Shown here piece after piece: positions 1 through 10,930 of a DNA stretch of 64,000 nt; within the stretch, counting starts at the first letter, position 1, and every line of letters starts with the position of its first letter. Source of the DNA: Methanocaldococcus indicus. Lineage in GTDB: Archaea; AGJL01; Methanococci; Methanococcales; Methanocaldococcaceae. The stretch is from NCBI RefSeq assembly GCF_049554935.1, contig NZ_CP186926.1, positions 1,350,294 through 1,414,293 of the forward strand. The letters run 5' to 3'. A model generated the notes under the pieces. That model ran no database searches and was not told the DNA's origin. It saw only the letters and a program-made list of their open reading frames with translations. A program made the position numbers and the translations under genes.

Positions 1-1
1 A

Positions 2-115
2 AATTTAGATTATAGCTTAGCTTTTGCAGTTCTTATTTTATATAGGGGAATTACTTATTTCTCAATCATTTTATTTGGGAGTGTTATCTATCTAATTGAA
101 AGTATTAAAAAGTGA
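2..115 (+). CDS. 3' end of a membrane protein, UPF0104/lysylphosphatidylglycerol synthase TM (flippase-like) family; partial
   Basis: Open frame from the window edge, NLDYSLAFAVLILYRGITYFSIILFG..., TGA at 113-115; the 'A..LLYR.ITY' pattern is typical of the family. Confidence 0.55.
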   Translation, partial: NLDYSLAFAVLILYRGITYFSIILFGSVIYLIESIKK

Positions 116-122
116 ATAAGTT

Positions 123-860
123 ATGTATGTAGATGCACATTGTCATATAGAGGATAAAGGATTTAATAAAAATAGAGATGAAGTAATTAAAAGGGCAAAA
201 TCTGAGAATGTCATTATTATAACAAGTGGAGTCACATTAGGAGGAATAAATAGAGCTTTGGAACTAAAAAATAAATATAATATTTATTTAACTCTAGGTT
301 TTCATCCAGATAAAGTTAAAGCAGATAACAAGATAATTGAAAAAGCATACAACATAATTAAATCTAACTATAAAAAAATATTGGCTGTTGGAGAAATAGG
401 AATGGACATTAAAAGAGAAAATTATGATAGACAAGAAGAGATTTTTAGAAAATTTTTAAACTTAGCTAAAGAAATAGATAAGCCAGTTGTTCTACATGCA
501 AGAGGTTTTGAAGAGAAAATATTTAATATGTTGGATGTTCCTGCTATGTTTCACTGCTACTCTGGAAGTGTAGAATTAGCTAAAAAAATAGTTAAAGAAA
601 ATTATTACATCTCAATATCTACTCTTCTACTGTTTTCTAAACTACATGAAGAGATTGTAAAAAATGTAGATATTGATTTTTTATTAACTGAAACAGATAG
701 TCCATGTCTTTCACCAATAAAAGGAGAAAAAAATGAGCCAAAAAATGTTAAATTGGTTGTAAAAAAAATAGCTGAAATTAAAGAGATTGATGAGGGAGAA
801 GTTAAAAAAATTATATATAAAAATTCATGCAAATTCTTTAAAGAAAAACTTACTTTATAA
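123..860 (+). CDS. tatD: TatD family metal-dependent nuclease
   Basis: DAHCH, GFHP, AVGEIGMD, LHAR, FHCYSG and ETDSP motifs. Confidence 0.93.
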   Translation: MYVDAHCHIEDKGFNKNRDEVIKRAKSENVIIITSGVTLGGINRALELKNKYNIYLTLGFHPDKVKADNKIIEKAYNIIKSNYKKILAVGEIGMDIKRENYDRQEEIFRKFLNLAKEIDKPVVLHARGFEEKIFNMLDVPAMFHCYSGSVELAKKIVKENYYISISTLLLFSKLHEEIVKNVDIDFLLTETDSPCLSPIKGEKNEPKNVKLVVKKIAEIKEIDEGEVKKIIYKNSCKFFKEKLTL

Positions 861-955
861 ATTTATCTTTTTTGGTAAAATTTTTGTCTTAAATGGTAAA
901 ATTTTTATATTACCTGACTTTATTATATTTTTCTGTTTATCACACTTTGGGAGGG

Positions 956-2095
956 ATGGCAATGAAAAAGTATATCCTACTGTTTGTAGGATTGATAATT
1001 TTATCTTTCTTAGCAGGATGCACTCAACAGCAAGAGAAGTCAGAAGTGCCTACAATAACAGTTGGTTATTTGCCAACAGACCACCAAGCAGCTTTATTTG
1101 TTGCAGCAGATTATCCTGATTTATTTAAAGATAAATATGGAATATACTTAAAGAAAGTTAAAGATAAGGAAGAATATGAGTTATACAAAGGAGACAAAAA
1201 AATTGCTAATATTAAGCTAATATTAATCAAACAAGGAGGAGCTGCAATAATGAACTTAATGAATCAGAAAAAGGTTGATGTTGCTTTGTTGGGAGTTCCT
1301 CCTGCAATATTCTATATTGACAAAGGAACAAATGCTAAAATAGTTATGAACTTACACACTGATGGTTCTGCTGTTGTTGTAAGAAAAGATATTCCTGTTA
1401 ATAATTGGGAGGAATTTGTTAATTGGATTAAAGAACAACATAAAGAAGGAAAACAAGTAAAAATTGGCCATCCTCTACCTACTTCAATACAGTATGTTAT
1501 GATAAAAGATGCATTAAAAGCTTCAGGAATTACATATACTGAAAATCCACAAAATAAAAGTGCTATGGTATTATTAATTAACTGTAAGGGACAAGGATCA
1601 ATGCCTCAATTGTTAGAGAGTAAGCAATTAGATGCAGTTATTGCTTGGGAACCAATGCCAGAGATATTAAGAGTAAGAGGTATTGGAAAACCAATAGTTT
1701 ATAGTCAAGATTTACCATCCACAACTGGAAAAACTTGGAAAAACCATCCATGTTGTTGTGTATGTGTCTCAGAAGATAGTTTAAGCAAGTATCATACTGC
1801 TATTATAACATTCTGTAAGTTGTTGAAAGATGCTACAATTGAAATTCAACACAATGAAACATTAGCTATAGATGCATCATCAAGATGGTTAGGAACATCA
1901 AAAGAAATAGAAAAATTATCAGTTCCACATATAACTTATGATTATAGATTAGAGCCAATTGTTCCAAAAGTTATTCAGTTTGTTGAAGTTATGAATGAGC
2001 AAGGATTAATGAAAGGTAGATTAAAAGATGCTAATCCAGATAAAATAAAAGAGATTGTATTTGACTGGAAAGCTTATAATGAGATAGTTAAATAA
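956..2095 (+). CDS. ABC transporter substrate-binding lipoprotein (NitT/TauT, NMT1-like)
   Basis: Lipobox [16 protein letters not shown] and HPCC motifs; likely start is ATG 956 or 962 after GGAGGG (the track starts it at 893). Confidence 0.85.
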   Translation: MAMKKYILLFVGLIILSFLAGCTQQQEKSEVPTITVGYLPTDHQAALFVAADYPDLFKDKYGIYLKKVKDKEEYELYKGDKKIANIKLILIKQGGAAIMNLMNQKKVDVALLGVPPAIFYIDKGTNAKIVMNLHTDGSAVVVRKDIPVNNWEEFVNWIKEQHKEGKQVKIGHPLPTSIQYVMIKDALKASGITYTENPQNKSAMVLLINCKGQGSMPQLLESKQLDAVIAWEPMPEILRVRGIGKPIVYSQDLPSTTGKTWKNHPCCCVCVSEDSLSKYHTAIITFCKLLKDATIEIQHNETLAIDASSRWLGTSKEIEKLSVPHITYDYRLEPIVPKVIQFVEVMNEQGLMKGRLKDANPDKIKEIVFDWKAYNEIVK

Positions 2096-2888
2096 TACTT
2101 TCTAATAGTTCAATATCTTCCAATAATACTTTTATTTTATATTCTTTTGAATGTTCTTTTATTCTCCTATCATCTAATTCTAAAGTTATTATTCCTCTAT
2201 AACCATAATCTAACAGCTTTTTTAATGGTGTTAAAACATCTATCTCAGAATATTTAAGAGGATAATGGTCTTTTCCATTTTTCACACCTGAAATATGCAC
2301 ATGCTTTATTTTTTTGTTAAATTTTTCTACAAATATATTAGCATAATTTTTTGCATGTGCAAAATCTAATGTTAAATAAAGATTATCAAATCTTTTTAAA
2401 ATATTGTCAATATCTTCCACTTTCCAACCAATTCTATAAATCTTTTTAGGCATATTTTCCATACATATAAATAAATCTTTATCTTTTGAGTATTCTAATA
2501 TATTTTTTAGATACCTATAAAAATGCTCATACTCTTCTTCTGTTGGTTCTCTACTTACAGGCCTTCTACCTGGATGAATTGTTAATATTCTACTATTCAA
2601 ATTATTTGCTAAATCAATAGCCCATAGTGTCTCTTTTAATGTCCCTTCTCTAACATAAGGATTTAACGATGAAGGATTTAATTCTATATGTGGATTATGA
2701 ACAGCTATTTCAAACTTTTTTAGTTCTTTAATAACTTCACATAAATAGTCTATATTAAACCTATTATCCCAAAAGTCTGGATTTTCTGGAAAAAATTCTA
2801 TACATTTTAAACCTATTTCTTTAAATATATCCAAAATCTTCAATATGGGATATTCCCAGAAAAATAGTGTTGATGTGGCAATTCTCAT
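2088..2888 (-). CDS. Sugar phosphate isomerase/epimerase (AP endonuclease family 2 TIM barrel)
   Basis: IHPG, MENMP, LDFAHA, HVHISG, DH and ITLE metal-binding pattern. Confidence 0.85.
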   Translation of the reverse strand: MRIATSTLFFWEYPILKILDIFKEIGLKCIEFFPENPDFWDNRFNIDYLCEVIKELKKFEIAVHNPHIELNPSSLNPYVREGTLKETLWAIDLANNLNSRILTIHPGRRPVSREPTEEEYEHFYRYLKNILEYSKDKDLFICMENMPKKIYRIGWKVEDIDNILKRFDNLYLTLDFAHAKNYANIFVEKFNKKIKHVHISGVKNGKDHYPLKYSEIDVLTPLKKLLDYGYRGIITLELDDRRIKEHSKEYKIKVLLEDIELLESII

Positions 2889-2988
2889 AATAATCCCAAT
2901 ATTTGAAATAATTAATGTATATCTTTAAAGTTAAATATATAAAAATGAATATTCCATAAAAGTTAAAAATGATGATAGCTATAATATT

Positions 2989-3201
2989 TTACTGTAAGAA
3001 TTCTTCCATAGCCAACTTAATATCTTCAACTTTAACTGTCTTTCTCTTAGCATGTTTTGCTAATTCAACTGCTCTCTTAGCAATTTCCAATCCTAATTGC
3101 TCTAATGCCTCAGCAAAGTATTTACCAGCTTCTTCACTGACTCTCTCTGCTCCTGCCTTCTTTAATATTCTTACACATGGTGCAACTGGAAGCTCTGCCA
3201 T
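2989..3201 (-). CDS. Archaeal histone (HMf family)
   Basis: [22 protein letters not shown]...[12 protein letters not shown]; AGGTGA RBS. Confidence 0.97.
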   Translation of the reverse strand: MAELPVAPCVRILKKAGAERVSEEAGKYFAEALEQLGLEIAKRAVELAKHAKRKTVKVEDIKLAMEEFLQ

Positions 3202-3246
3202 CTTATCACCTGATAACTTTTTATTTTTCTTTTTATTTTAATGTAG

Positions 3247-3260
3247 TATAAATACTTTTC
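3247..3260 (-). promoter_or_regulatory. BRE-TATA promoter of the histone gene
   Basis: GAAAAG-TATTTATA on the minus strand, 46 nt upstream of the ATG. Confidence 0.7.
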
Positions 3261-3266
3261 TCTTTT

Positions 3267-4064
3267 TTATTGTTCAAGTTCTTTTATAGCTTCTTTATAC
3301 TGTTCATCATTTGGAGGTTTTCCATGGAATGCAACATTATGCTCCATAAATGATACTCCTCTACCTTTGACAGTATAACAAATAATAACCTTTGGTCTTC
3401 TATTTTTCATATTTTTAGCTTGATTTACTGTTTTTATTATTTCATCTATATTGTTTCCATCTATTTCAAATACATCCCAATTAAATGCTCTAAATTTTTC
3501 AGCAATTTTCTCTAAACTCATTACATCCTCTGTATGTCCATCTATCTGTAACCAGTTTCTATCTACAAATGCTATCAAATTATCTAACTTATAATGAGCA
3601 GCTGCCATTGCTGCTTCCCAAACAATTCCCTCCTGACATTCTCCATCTCCCAACAATACATAAACATATTTATTTATATTATCTAATTTATATCCTAATG
3701 CCATTCCAACACTTGCAGAGAATCCTTGTCCCAATGAACCTGTTGAGATTTCAACACCAACAGTTTCTATAGAGGGATGTCCTTGAAGTTTTCCCTCTAA
3801 TCTTCTTAACTTCCAAAGTTCTTCTTCCTCAATATATTCCAACTCTGAGAGAACTGCATATAAAGCAGGAGCAGCATGTCCTTTACTTAAAACAAATCTA
3901 TCTCTATCTTTTTTTTCAGGATGATAATCCATAATTTTGAAGTATAAAGCTACTAAAATTTCAACACATGATAAACTTCCTCCAGGATGTCCTGATTTTG
4001 CTAAATAACACATTTTTAATATTTTTTTTCTAACTCTTTTAGCTATCTCTAACAAATTATCCAT
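3267..4064 (-). CDS. Transketolase N-terminal (TPP-binding) subunit
   Basis: [25 protein letters not shown] and GDGECQEG motifs. Confidence 0.95.
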   Translation of the reverse strand: MDNLLEIAKRVRKKILKMCYLAKSGHPGGSLSCVEILVALYFKIMDYHPEKKDRDRFVLSKGHAAPALYAVLSELEYIEEEELWKLRRLEGKLQGHPSIETVGVEISTGSLGQGFSASVGMALGYKLDNINKYVYVLLGDGECQEGIVWEAAMAAAHYKLDNLIAFVDRNWLQIDGHTEDVMSLEKIAEKFRAFNWDVFEIDGNNIDEIIKTVNQAKNMKNRRPKVIICYTVKGRGVSFMEHNVAFHGKPPNDEQYKEAIKELEQ

Positions 4065-4131
4065 ATTCCCACCAAAGTTATTTATTGAATTTTTGAATAT
4101 AATTAACTAAAATAAATAATTAATGATTAGT

Positions 4132-4278
4132 ATGGAGTGGATAAAAAAGTATCTTCATATTTTAGCTTGTCCCTATTGTAGAGGAAACTTAATACTAAAA
4201 GATAATAAATTAATATGTAAGAAGTGTAAGAAAGAGTTTAAAATTGTTGATGGGATTCCTATTCTATTGAGGTGGTAG
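4132..4278 (+). CDS. trm112: Trm112-family methyltransferase activator (48 aa, not in the ORF track)
   Basis: MEWIKKYLHILACPYCRGNL...LICKKCKKEFKIVDGIPILLRW; LACP.C and DGIP.L signatures; stop lies 1 nt before the next GTG. Confidence 0.9.
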   Translation: MEWIKKYLHILACPYCRGNLILKDNKLICKKCKKEFKIVDGIPILLRW

Positions 4279-4279
4279 A

Positions 4280-4807
4280 GTGAGGGTTTTTTTAGCTATA
4301 GACATCCCAAAAGATATTAAAAATAAGATTTATGAACTACAAAAAGATTTTAAAATTAAGGGAATTAAGTTAGTGGAAAAAGAGAACTTACATATAACAG
4401 TTAAATTTTTGGGAGAAGTGGATGATAATACATTAAATAAAATATTAAACTTGAACTTAGAAATCCCTAAAACTAAAATTGAATTAAAAGGGTTAGGAAC
4501 ATTTCCAAATGAGAATTATATAAGAGTTATATGGATTGGAGTTTATGGGGAAGGATTAATAAACATTTTTAAAGAAATTGACAATAAATTAAATACTTTG
4601 GGATTTGAAAAAGAAAGAAGTTATGTACCTCATTTAACATTAGGTAGAGTTAAATTCATAGAGAACAAAAAACTTTTAAAAGAAAAAATTAATAAAAATA
4701 AAGATATATTTATTGGTGAGTTTGAAACTAACTCTATAAAACTTTATAAATCTACTCTAACACCAACAGGACCAATATATGAGGTAATAAAAGAATGGAA
4801 GAGCTAA
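4280..4807 (+). CDS. thpR: RNA 2',3'-cyclic phosphodiesterase (2H family, LigT/ThpR)
   Basis: Two HxT motifs (LHITVKFLG, PHLTLGR); C-terminal GPIYE. Confidence 0.93.
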   Translation: MRVFLAIDIPKDIKNKIYELQKDFKIKGIKLVEKENLHITVKFLGEVDDNTLNKILNLNLEIPKTKIELKGLGTFPNENYIRVIWIGVYGEGLINIFKEIDNKLNTLGFEKERSYVPHLTLGRVKFIENKKLLKEKINKNKDIFIGEFETNSIKLYKSTLTPTGPIYEVIKEWKS

Positions 4808-5265
4808 ATAAAAATCAAAAGATAATGCACTATATAATTCATTTACTGTCAAAAGATGATAAATGGGTTAGAAGAGAGGTTGTTCTTGCATTGATATATT
4901 ATTTTAGTGAGAAAGGTTATTTAGATTATAAGTGTTCCCCTATGCCTCACATATGGAATGATAAAATTAAGTTTATAAATATATCTTATGAAGCTTTAGA
5001 AGATTTAAATTATATTATTAAGAACAATTATATTCAGGAGATACTTCTATCAGTTAGGGGATTAAGTTTATTTATTGTTGGGTATAAAGCAAAAAATAAT
5101 ATAAATTATGATAATTTAGAGTATTTAGAAGATATAAAGAATTTTTTGAAAAACAAGGAGATTAAAATAGTTGAAAATGGAATAAAAGTTGGAGATGTAG
5201 AGATAGATATAACTGAAATAAAACCAGTATCTTTTAAATCAAAAAGCTATATAATGGAGTTGTAA
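4795..5265 (+). CDS. Hypothetical protein
   Basis: 156-aa ORF tightly packed within an operon, with normal codon style. Confidence 0.75.
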   Translation: MEELNKNQKIMHYIIHLLSKDDKWVRREVVLALIYYFSEKGYLDYKCSPMPHIWNDKIKFINISYEALEDLNYIIKNNYIQEILLSVRGLSLFIVGYKAKNNINYDNLEYLEDIKNFLKNKEIKIVENGIKVGDVEIDITEIKPVSFKSKSYIMEL

Positions 5266-6213
5266 ATGAAAATCGAAAGCCCTTCAAGGATACACATAAC
5301 ATTGATAGATTTAAATGGAAGTATTGGAAGAGTTGATGGAGGAGTAGGATTAGCATTAGAGAATCCTAAAATAGTTATTGAAGGAAAAGAAGAAGATGAG
5401 ATAATTATTGAGGGAGAGATTAACAAGGATGTAGAAAAGAGGATATTTACAACAGCAAAAAAAATTTTAGATTATATAGATGAGAGAGGAGTATATTTAA
5501 AAGTTGAAAGTTTAATTCCTCAACATTCAGGATTAGGTAGTGGAACACAGATTAGTTTATCTGTTGGTAAGTTGATATCTAAAATTTACAATAAAGATTT
5601 AGATGTTTATGAGATAGCTAAACTAACTGGTAGAGGTGGAACATCTGGAATTGGAATTGGAGCTTTTAAGTTTGGAGGATTTTTAGTTGATGGAGGGCAT
5701 AGCATAAAAGAAAAACCTTTCTTTAAACCTTCATCTGCTTCTAAGGGAATAACTCCTGCTCCTATATTAGTTAGATATAATTTTAATTGGGATACTATTC
5801 TCATTATTCCAAAAGGAAGACATATATATGGTAATAAAGAAGTAGATATATTTAATAAATATTGTCCTATAAGATTGGAAGAAGTTAGGGAACTATCTCA
5901 TCTAATTTTAATGAAAATTTTGCCTTCAATTGTTGAAGATGATTTAGAAAGTTTTGGAGAAGCAATAAATAGAATACAACATATAGGATTTAAGAAAGTA
6001 GAACTATCCCTACAAACTCAGCCAGTTAAGGAAATTATTAAAGAGATACAAATAAACAACTATGCAGGATTGTCAAGTTTTGGGCCTACAATCTATGCCT
6101 ATGGAGATTATAAAGAAATAAAAGGTATTGTAAAAGAGATTTTTAGTAAATATAATATTGATGGAGATATATTGAAAGTTAAACCAAACAATATTGGATA
6201 TAAAATTTGGTGA
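5266..6213 (+). CDS. mptG: Beta-ribofuranosylaminobenzene 5'-phosphate synthase (methanopterin biosynthesis, GHMP fold)
   Basis: PSRIHITLIDLNG..GRVDGGVG, HSGLGSGTQ, GRGGTSGIG and SSFGP motifs. Confidence 0.92.
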   Translation: MKIESPSRIHITLIDLNGSIGRVDGGVGLALENPKIVIEGKEEDEIIIEGEINKDVEKRIFTTAKKILDYIDERGVYLKVESLIPQHSGLGSGTQISLSVGKLISKIYNKDLDVYEIAKLTGRGGTSGIGIGAFKFGGFLVDGGHSIKEKPFFKPSSASKGITPAPILVRYNFNWDTILIIPKGRHIYGNKEVDIFNKYCPIRLEEVRELSHLILMKILPSIVEDDLESFGEAINRIQHIGFKKVELSLQTQPVKEIIKEIQINNYAGLSSFGPTIYAYGDYKEIKGIVKEIFSKYNIDGDILKVKPNNIGYKIW

Positions 6214-6221
6214 AGTGTAGT

Positions 6222-7925
6222 ATGGGATTAAATATTTTTAAAAAAATTAAAGAACTTATTGATTCAAAAAATAGAATTAAATATTCTGATGAACTAAAAA
6301 AAGCTGAGAAACTATTAGATGATGGGAAATATGAAGAGGCTATAAAGATATATGAAAAGTTAGAAAAAGAAGGTATTTTAAAAGGTTTAGATTATGCTAA
6401 TGTTGCTTATGCATACTACAATATTGGAGATTTTGAAAAAGCACTAAATTATGTAAATAAAGCTCTAAAATATAAAGATAGGCCAGAATTGTGGTTTTTG
6501 AAAGGACTTATATTATACAATCTAAAAAAATATGATAAAGCTTATGAACTGCTTGCTAAAAGTGCTATATACATTAAAAGAAGTGATGTTTATAAAGCTC
6601 TTGGAGATATATTAGTTAAATTTGAGAAATATGAAGAAGCTTTAGAGAATTATTTAAAAGCATATAAATTAAATAATAAAAATTTAGAGGCTTTATATAA
6701 TGCAGGTTTAATCCTATTACTTCTAAATAGAGTTGAAGAAGCTTATGAGATATTTAAAGAGATTTATACAAAGGAACCAAAATTCAAGAATCATGAAATA
6801 TTTAAGGAGATTGAGAATTTTGTAGAGATAATAGACAATGATATATTTAGTAATATAAAATTAGGCATTAACTTTTTAGAGAATGATAAGCAAATTGAAG
6901 CATTAAAAGAATTTAATAAAGTTTTAGAAATTGACAAAAATAATGATTTTGCATATTATTATAAAGCAGTTGTTAAAGAAGATTTTTATGAATATGGCTT
7001 ATCATTAGAAAATATAATAAATTCTTTAAATATTTTTGAAAGAAGTTATTTTTACTCAAAAAAAGGAGATATTTTATTAAGATTAAATAATTTAAATGAA
7101 GCGTTGGAATGTTATGAAATCTCTCTTTTAATAAATGAAAATAATATTTTTGCATATTTTGGCTTAGCATACACTTACTATAAAAAAGGAGATTATGAGA
7201 ATTCTTTAAAATACTTTGATAAAGTTTTAGAGAATATCTCTTCTAATTTATCTAAAAAGATTGAGGCAATATTAATTTTATATTCTTTAATTTGTAAAGG
7301 AGATATAACCAAAGAAGCTATTTTTTATAGAAAAGCTTTAGAGTTTTTAGATGATTATCATGATATGCCAATATGCATAAAAAAAATGAGGGCATATATA
7401 AACTACAAATTAGGAAATATTTCACAAGCAATTAATGATTACTTAGAAATATTAAACATATTTTTAGATAAAGATATTATAAAAAATGTTATTGCTCTAT
7501 ATATTGAAATTGGAAGAATTGATGAAGCTTTATACTATGCTGAAAAATATAAACACATTCTTGGAGAGGATTATATTGAAAAAATTAAGAACAATAAATT
7601 ATCAATAGATTCTCCATTAAACCATTATCCAACAATATATTTTATTTTAGATGAAATTCCTTACCATGTTAGCATATTGTATAAGTATATTCATAAGAAT
7701 CCGATAATTTCATATTTATATGCAGAATATATTGAAAAATATATATTAGAGTTAGTTTATGATAATAGAAAAAAAGAACTGTTAAAAAAGCTTATAGACA
7801 TTGTTAAGCACAATTTAGGTGAAGAGATGTACAAATTTATGAAATCTCCTGAAAACTATGTGCCTTCTAATAGTGTTATATATGAAATTAAAGATATTGT
7901 TATAAATCTAAATGGAATTATATAA
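6222..7925 (+). CDS. Tetratricopeptide repeat protein
   Basis: Many TPR-like units (e.g. AYAYYNIGDFEKALNYVNKAL); ATG 6222 after GGTGA (the track starts it at 6207). Confidence 0.9.
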   Translation: MGLNIFKKIKELIDSKNRIKYSDELKKAEKLLDDGKYEEAIKIYEKLEKEGILKGLDYANVAYAYYNIGDFEKALNYVNKALKYKDRPELWFLKGLILYNLKKYDKAYELLAKSAIYIKRSDVYKALGDILVKFEKYEEALENYLKAYKLNNKNLEALYNAGLILLLLNRVEEAYEIFKEIYTKEPKFKNHEIFKEIENFVEIIDNDIFSNIKLGINFLENDKQIEALKEFNKVLEIDKNNDFAYYYKAVVKEDFYEYGLSLENIINSLNIFERSYFYSKKGDILLRLNNLNEALECYEISLLINENNIFAYFGLAYTYYKKGDYENSLKYFDKVLENISSNLSKKIEAILILYSLICKGDITKEAIFYRKALEFLDDYHDMPICIKKMRAYINYKLGNISQAINDYLEILNIFLDKDIIKNVIALYIEIGRIDEALYYAEKYKHILGEDYIEKIKNNKLSIDSPLNHYPTIYFILDEIPYHVSILYKYIHKNPIISYLYAEYIEKYILELVYDNRKKELLKKLIDIVKHNLGEEMYKFMKSPENYVPSNSVIYEIKDIVINLNGII

Positions 7926-7953
7926 AAATCTTTTGTTATTTGGGGGATTCAGT

Positions 7954-9435
7954 ATGAAAATTATTGAAAAAACAACTGCCAACACATGTTACATAGGGAG
8001 TGAAACACCCTTAGAGTTAGGAGAGTATTTACTATTAAAAAACTTCAAAAATGAAAATGTCTTAGGAATTGTAAAGGATATTGAATTTAAAGATAACATC
8101 TTTATAAACTCTATTAAAATTGTTGGAGTTCTAAAAGATAACAAGATATTTATTAACAAAAGTCCTATAAATCCAAACAGTCCAGCATTAATAGCAAGTG
8201 ATGAAATTCTTAAACAAATATTTTATATTCCTGATGGAATCACTATAGGACATCTTCTAACAAGAAAAAGTATTAGAGTTGCATTAGATACTAACAAATT
8301 AATATCAAGACATTTTGCTATTTTATCTATAACTGGTGGAGGGAAATCTAATACTGTAGCTGTTTTATGTAAAGAGTTGGCCAAAAAGAATGCTACCATT
8401 ATTATAATTGACCCACATGGGGAATATGCAAATTTATCTCATGAGGAGTTGTATGGAAAAGTCAATGTTATAATTCCAAGTATAAATCCTTCATTTTTGA
8501 CAGCTGAGGAGCTTTCTGTGATGTTGGGAATAAATAATGAAGAGATGAAGATTTATCTAAAATATGCATATGACACTATAAAATATGAAAGAAAATCTGG
8601 ACATGAGTTTATAAATTCACTCATAGATTTGTTATATTCTTGGGTTCAAGCAGCTGAAGTAGGTTGGGAGATAAAGTATTACAACACATACAAAAGAAAA
8701 TATGAAAGAAAAAAAGTAGAAGGTAAAGATTTTCAAATATTATCTTCATTATATAATTTAATGAACAATTTCTTAGAAGAATTTTCTTTGTTTATTAGTG
8801 ATACTGATATTATAGAGCAACTTAAACCAAATAAGATAAATGTAATTAATCTATCTGGGTTAGAGTTACATCAAATGCTAAGCATTGTTAGTTATATCTC
8901 AAAAGAAATACTAACAAAAAGGATATTATATATAAAATCTTTAAAAGACCTAAATTGTAAAAATGAGAGAGTTAGAGAATTGGCTATAAAGAATTTAGAG
9001 ACCATCAGAATGAAATATTCAATAGTAACTAAACCATTATTGTTAATTGTTGAAGAGGCACACATATTTATTCCACGAGATGAAAAAACATCAACAAGTT
9101 TATGGTTAGGTAAGATAGCAAGAGAAGGTAGAAAGTTTGGAATAGGTTTAGGCTTGGTTAGTCAAAGACCTAAACAACTAAATCCAGATGTTCTCTCTCA
9201 AACAGGAACAAAGATTGTTCTAAGGATTGTTGAACCAGAAGACCAGAAGTATATACAAAAAGTTAGTGAAGATTTAGCAGAAGATTTAACTAAGGATTTA
9301 GCTTCCTTAGATATTGGAGAGGCTTTAATATTTGGTATTGCTGTTAATCTTCCTGCAATTGTTAAGATTGATAAATTTGACGGAGTTTATGGTGGAAAAG
9401 ATATTGATATAGTTGGTGAATGGAGAGGATTTTAA
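7954..9435 (+). CDS. HerA/DUF87-family ATPase
   Basis: [35 protein letters not shown] and SQRP motifs (track start 7912). Confidence 0.9.
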   Translation: MKIIEKTTANTCYIGSETPLELGEYLLLKNFKNENVLGIVKDIEFKDNIFINSIKIVGVLKDNKIFINKSPINPNSPALIASDEILKQIFYIPDGITIGHLLTRKSIRVALDTNKLISRHFAILSITGGGKSNTVAVLCKELAKKNATIIIIDPHGEYANLSHEELYGKVNVIIPSINPSFLTAEELSVMLGINNEEMKIYLKYAYDTIKYERKSGHEFINSLIDLLYSWVQAAEVGWEIKYYNTYKRKYERKKVEGKDFQILSSLYNLMNNFLEEFSLFISDTDIIEQLKPNKINVINLSGLELHQMLSIVSYISKEILTKRILYIKSLKDLNCKNERVRELAIKNLETIRMKYSIVTKPLLLIVEEAHIFIPRDEKTSTSLWLGKIAREGRKFGIGLGLVSQRPKQLNPDVLSQTGTKIVLRIVEPEDQKYIQKVSEDLAEDLTKDLASLDIGEALIFGIAVNLPAIVKIDKFDGVYGGKDIDIVGEWRGF

Positions 9436-9797
9436 TGGAACTAAAATTTAGAAATATTGATGGAGAGAAGTTAATTATAGCAATAACTATGGACAAAAAT
9501 AAGAATATTTTAATGGTTGCTTTTATGAATGAAGAGGCATTAAAGAAAACATTAGAAACTGGTTATATGCACTACTACTCAACAAGTAGAAAAAAACTCT
9601 GGAAAAAAGGAGAAGAAAGTGGAAATTATCAAAAAGTTTTAGAGATTTATGGTGATTGTGATAAAGATTGTTTATTATTTATAGTTGAGCAGAAAGGAGT
9701 AGCATGTCATGAGGGATACTATTCCTGTTTTCACTATAAATTAGAGGGTGATAGGTGGATTATTAAGGAAATTTTCAAAAAAGGTGATAATGATTGA
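9435..9797 (+). CDS. hisI: Phosphoribosyl-AMP cyclohydrolase
   Basis: [14 protein letters not shown] and ACHEG..SCF motifs; ATG 9435 overlaps the HerA stop. Confidence 0.95.
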   Translation: MELKFRNIDGEKLIIAITMDKNKNILMVAFMNEEALKKTLETGYMHYYSTSRKKLWKKGEESGNYQKVLEIYGDCDKDCLLFIVEQKGVACHEGYYSCFHYKLEGDRWIIKEIFKKGDND

Positions 9798-10900
9798 GTA
9801 TAGAAGAAGAGATTAGAAAGTTAGAGGAGGAAATTAAAAATACTCCATATAATAAAGCAACACAAAAACACATTGCAAAATTAAAGGCTAAATTAGCAAA
9901 ATTAAGGGAAAAAGCTCAATCATCAAAGAAAGGTGGTGGAGGAAAAGGTTATGCAGTTAAAAAGAGTGGAGATGCTACTGTTGCATTAGTAGGATTCCCA
10001 TCTGTTGGTAAATCAACTCTTTTAAATAAATTAACTAATGCTGAATCTGAGACAGGAGAGTATGCTTTTACAACATTAACAATAATTCCAGGGATAATGG
10101 AATATAAAGGAGCTAAAATACAAATTTTAGATGCTCCAGGGATTATAGAAGGAGCTTCTTCTGGAAAAGGTAGAGGGACAGAGGTTTTAGCAGCAGTTAG
10201 AAGTGCAGATTTAATACTATTAACTGTTGATGTATTTAGCTTAGAGCATCTTCCAATTATTGAAAAGGAGTTATACAATGTTGGAATTAGGTTAGATAAG
10301 AAAAAACCAGATGTTAAAATAGTAGTTAAAGATAGAGGAGGTATTAATGTATCTTCAACAGTTCCACTAACTAAGTTAGATAAAGAAACAATAGAAGCTA
10401 TATTAAATGAATATAAAATTCACAATGCTGATGTGATTATAAGAGAAGATATATCTGTTGAGGAGTTTATTGATGTAGTTGCAGGAAATAGAGTTTATAT
10501 ACCTTCATTGGTTGTTGTTAATAAAGTTGATTTGATAGATGAAGAATATAAAAAATATTTAGAAGAGAAGTTAAAAGAATATGGAAAGGATTATGTTTTT
10601 GTTTCAGGAAATAAAGAGATTAATTTAGATTTATTAAAGGAGAAAATTTACAACAAATTAGGATTTATTAAAATATATTTAAAACCACAAGGAAAAAAAC
10701 CAGATTTTGATGAACCACTTATAATAAGGAAAGGAGCAACTGTAAAAGATGTCTGTGAAAAGTTACATAGAGATTTTGTTAAGAATTTTAGATATGCATT
10801 AGTTTGGGGAAAATCAGCTAAACATCCAGGGCAAAGAGTTGGATTAGACCATAAATTAGAAGATGAGGATATCTTAACTATTGTTATAAAAAGGACATAA
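9794..10900 (+). CDS. DRG/Rbg-family OBG GTPase with TGS domain
   Basis: [27 protein letters not shown] and NKVD motifs; C-terminal TGS domain. Confidence 0.95.
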   Translation: MSIEEEIRKLEEEIKNTPYNKATQKHIAKLKAKLAKLREKAQSSKKGGGGKGYAVKKSGDATVALVGFPSVGKSTLLNKLTNAESETGEYAFTTLTIIPGIMEYKGAKIQILDAPGIIEGASSGKGRGTEVLAAVRSADLILLTVDVFSLEHLPIIEKELYNVGIRLDKKKPDVKIVVKDRGGINVSSTVPLTKLDKETIEAILNEYKIHNADVIIREDISVEEFIDVVAGNRVYIPSLVVVNKVDLIDEEYKKYLEEKLKEYGKDYVFVSGNKEINLDLLKEKIYNKLGFIKIYLKPQGKKPDFDEPLIIRKGATVKDVCEKLHRDFVKNFRYALVWGKSAKHPGQRVGLDHKLEDEDILTIVIKRT

Positions 10901-10930
10901 AATAAAATTTTATAAAATTTATTTTTACAA

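Noticed and set aside
3267-4064. Truncated transketolase pseudogene
   Set aside because: Split N- and C-terminal transketolase subunits are normal in Methanococcales, and this ORF is a complete N-subunit.
7954-9435. HerA-based anti-phage system
   Set aside because: No adjacent SIR2, nuclease or DUF4297-like effector; the gene is embedded between mptG and hisI with ordinary composition.
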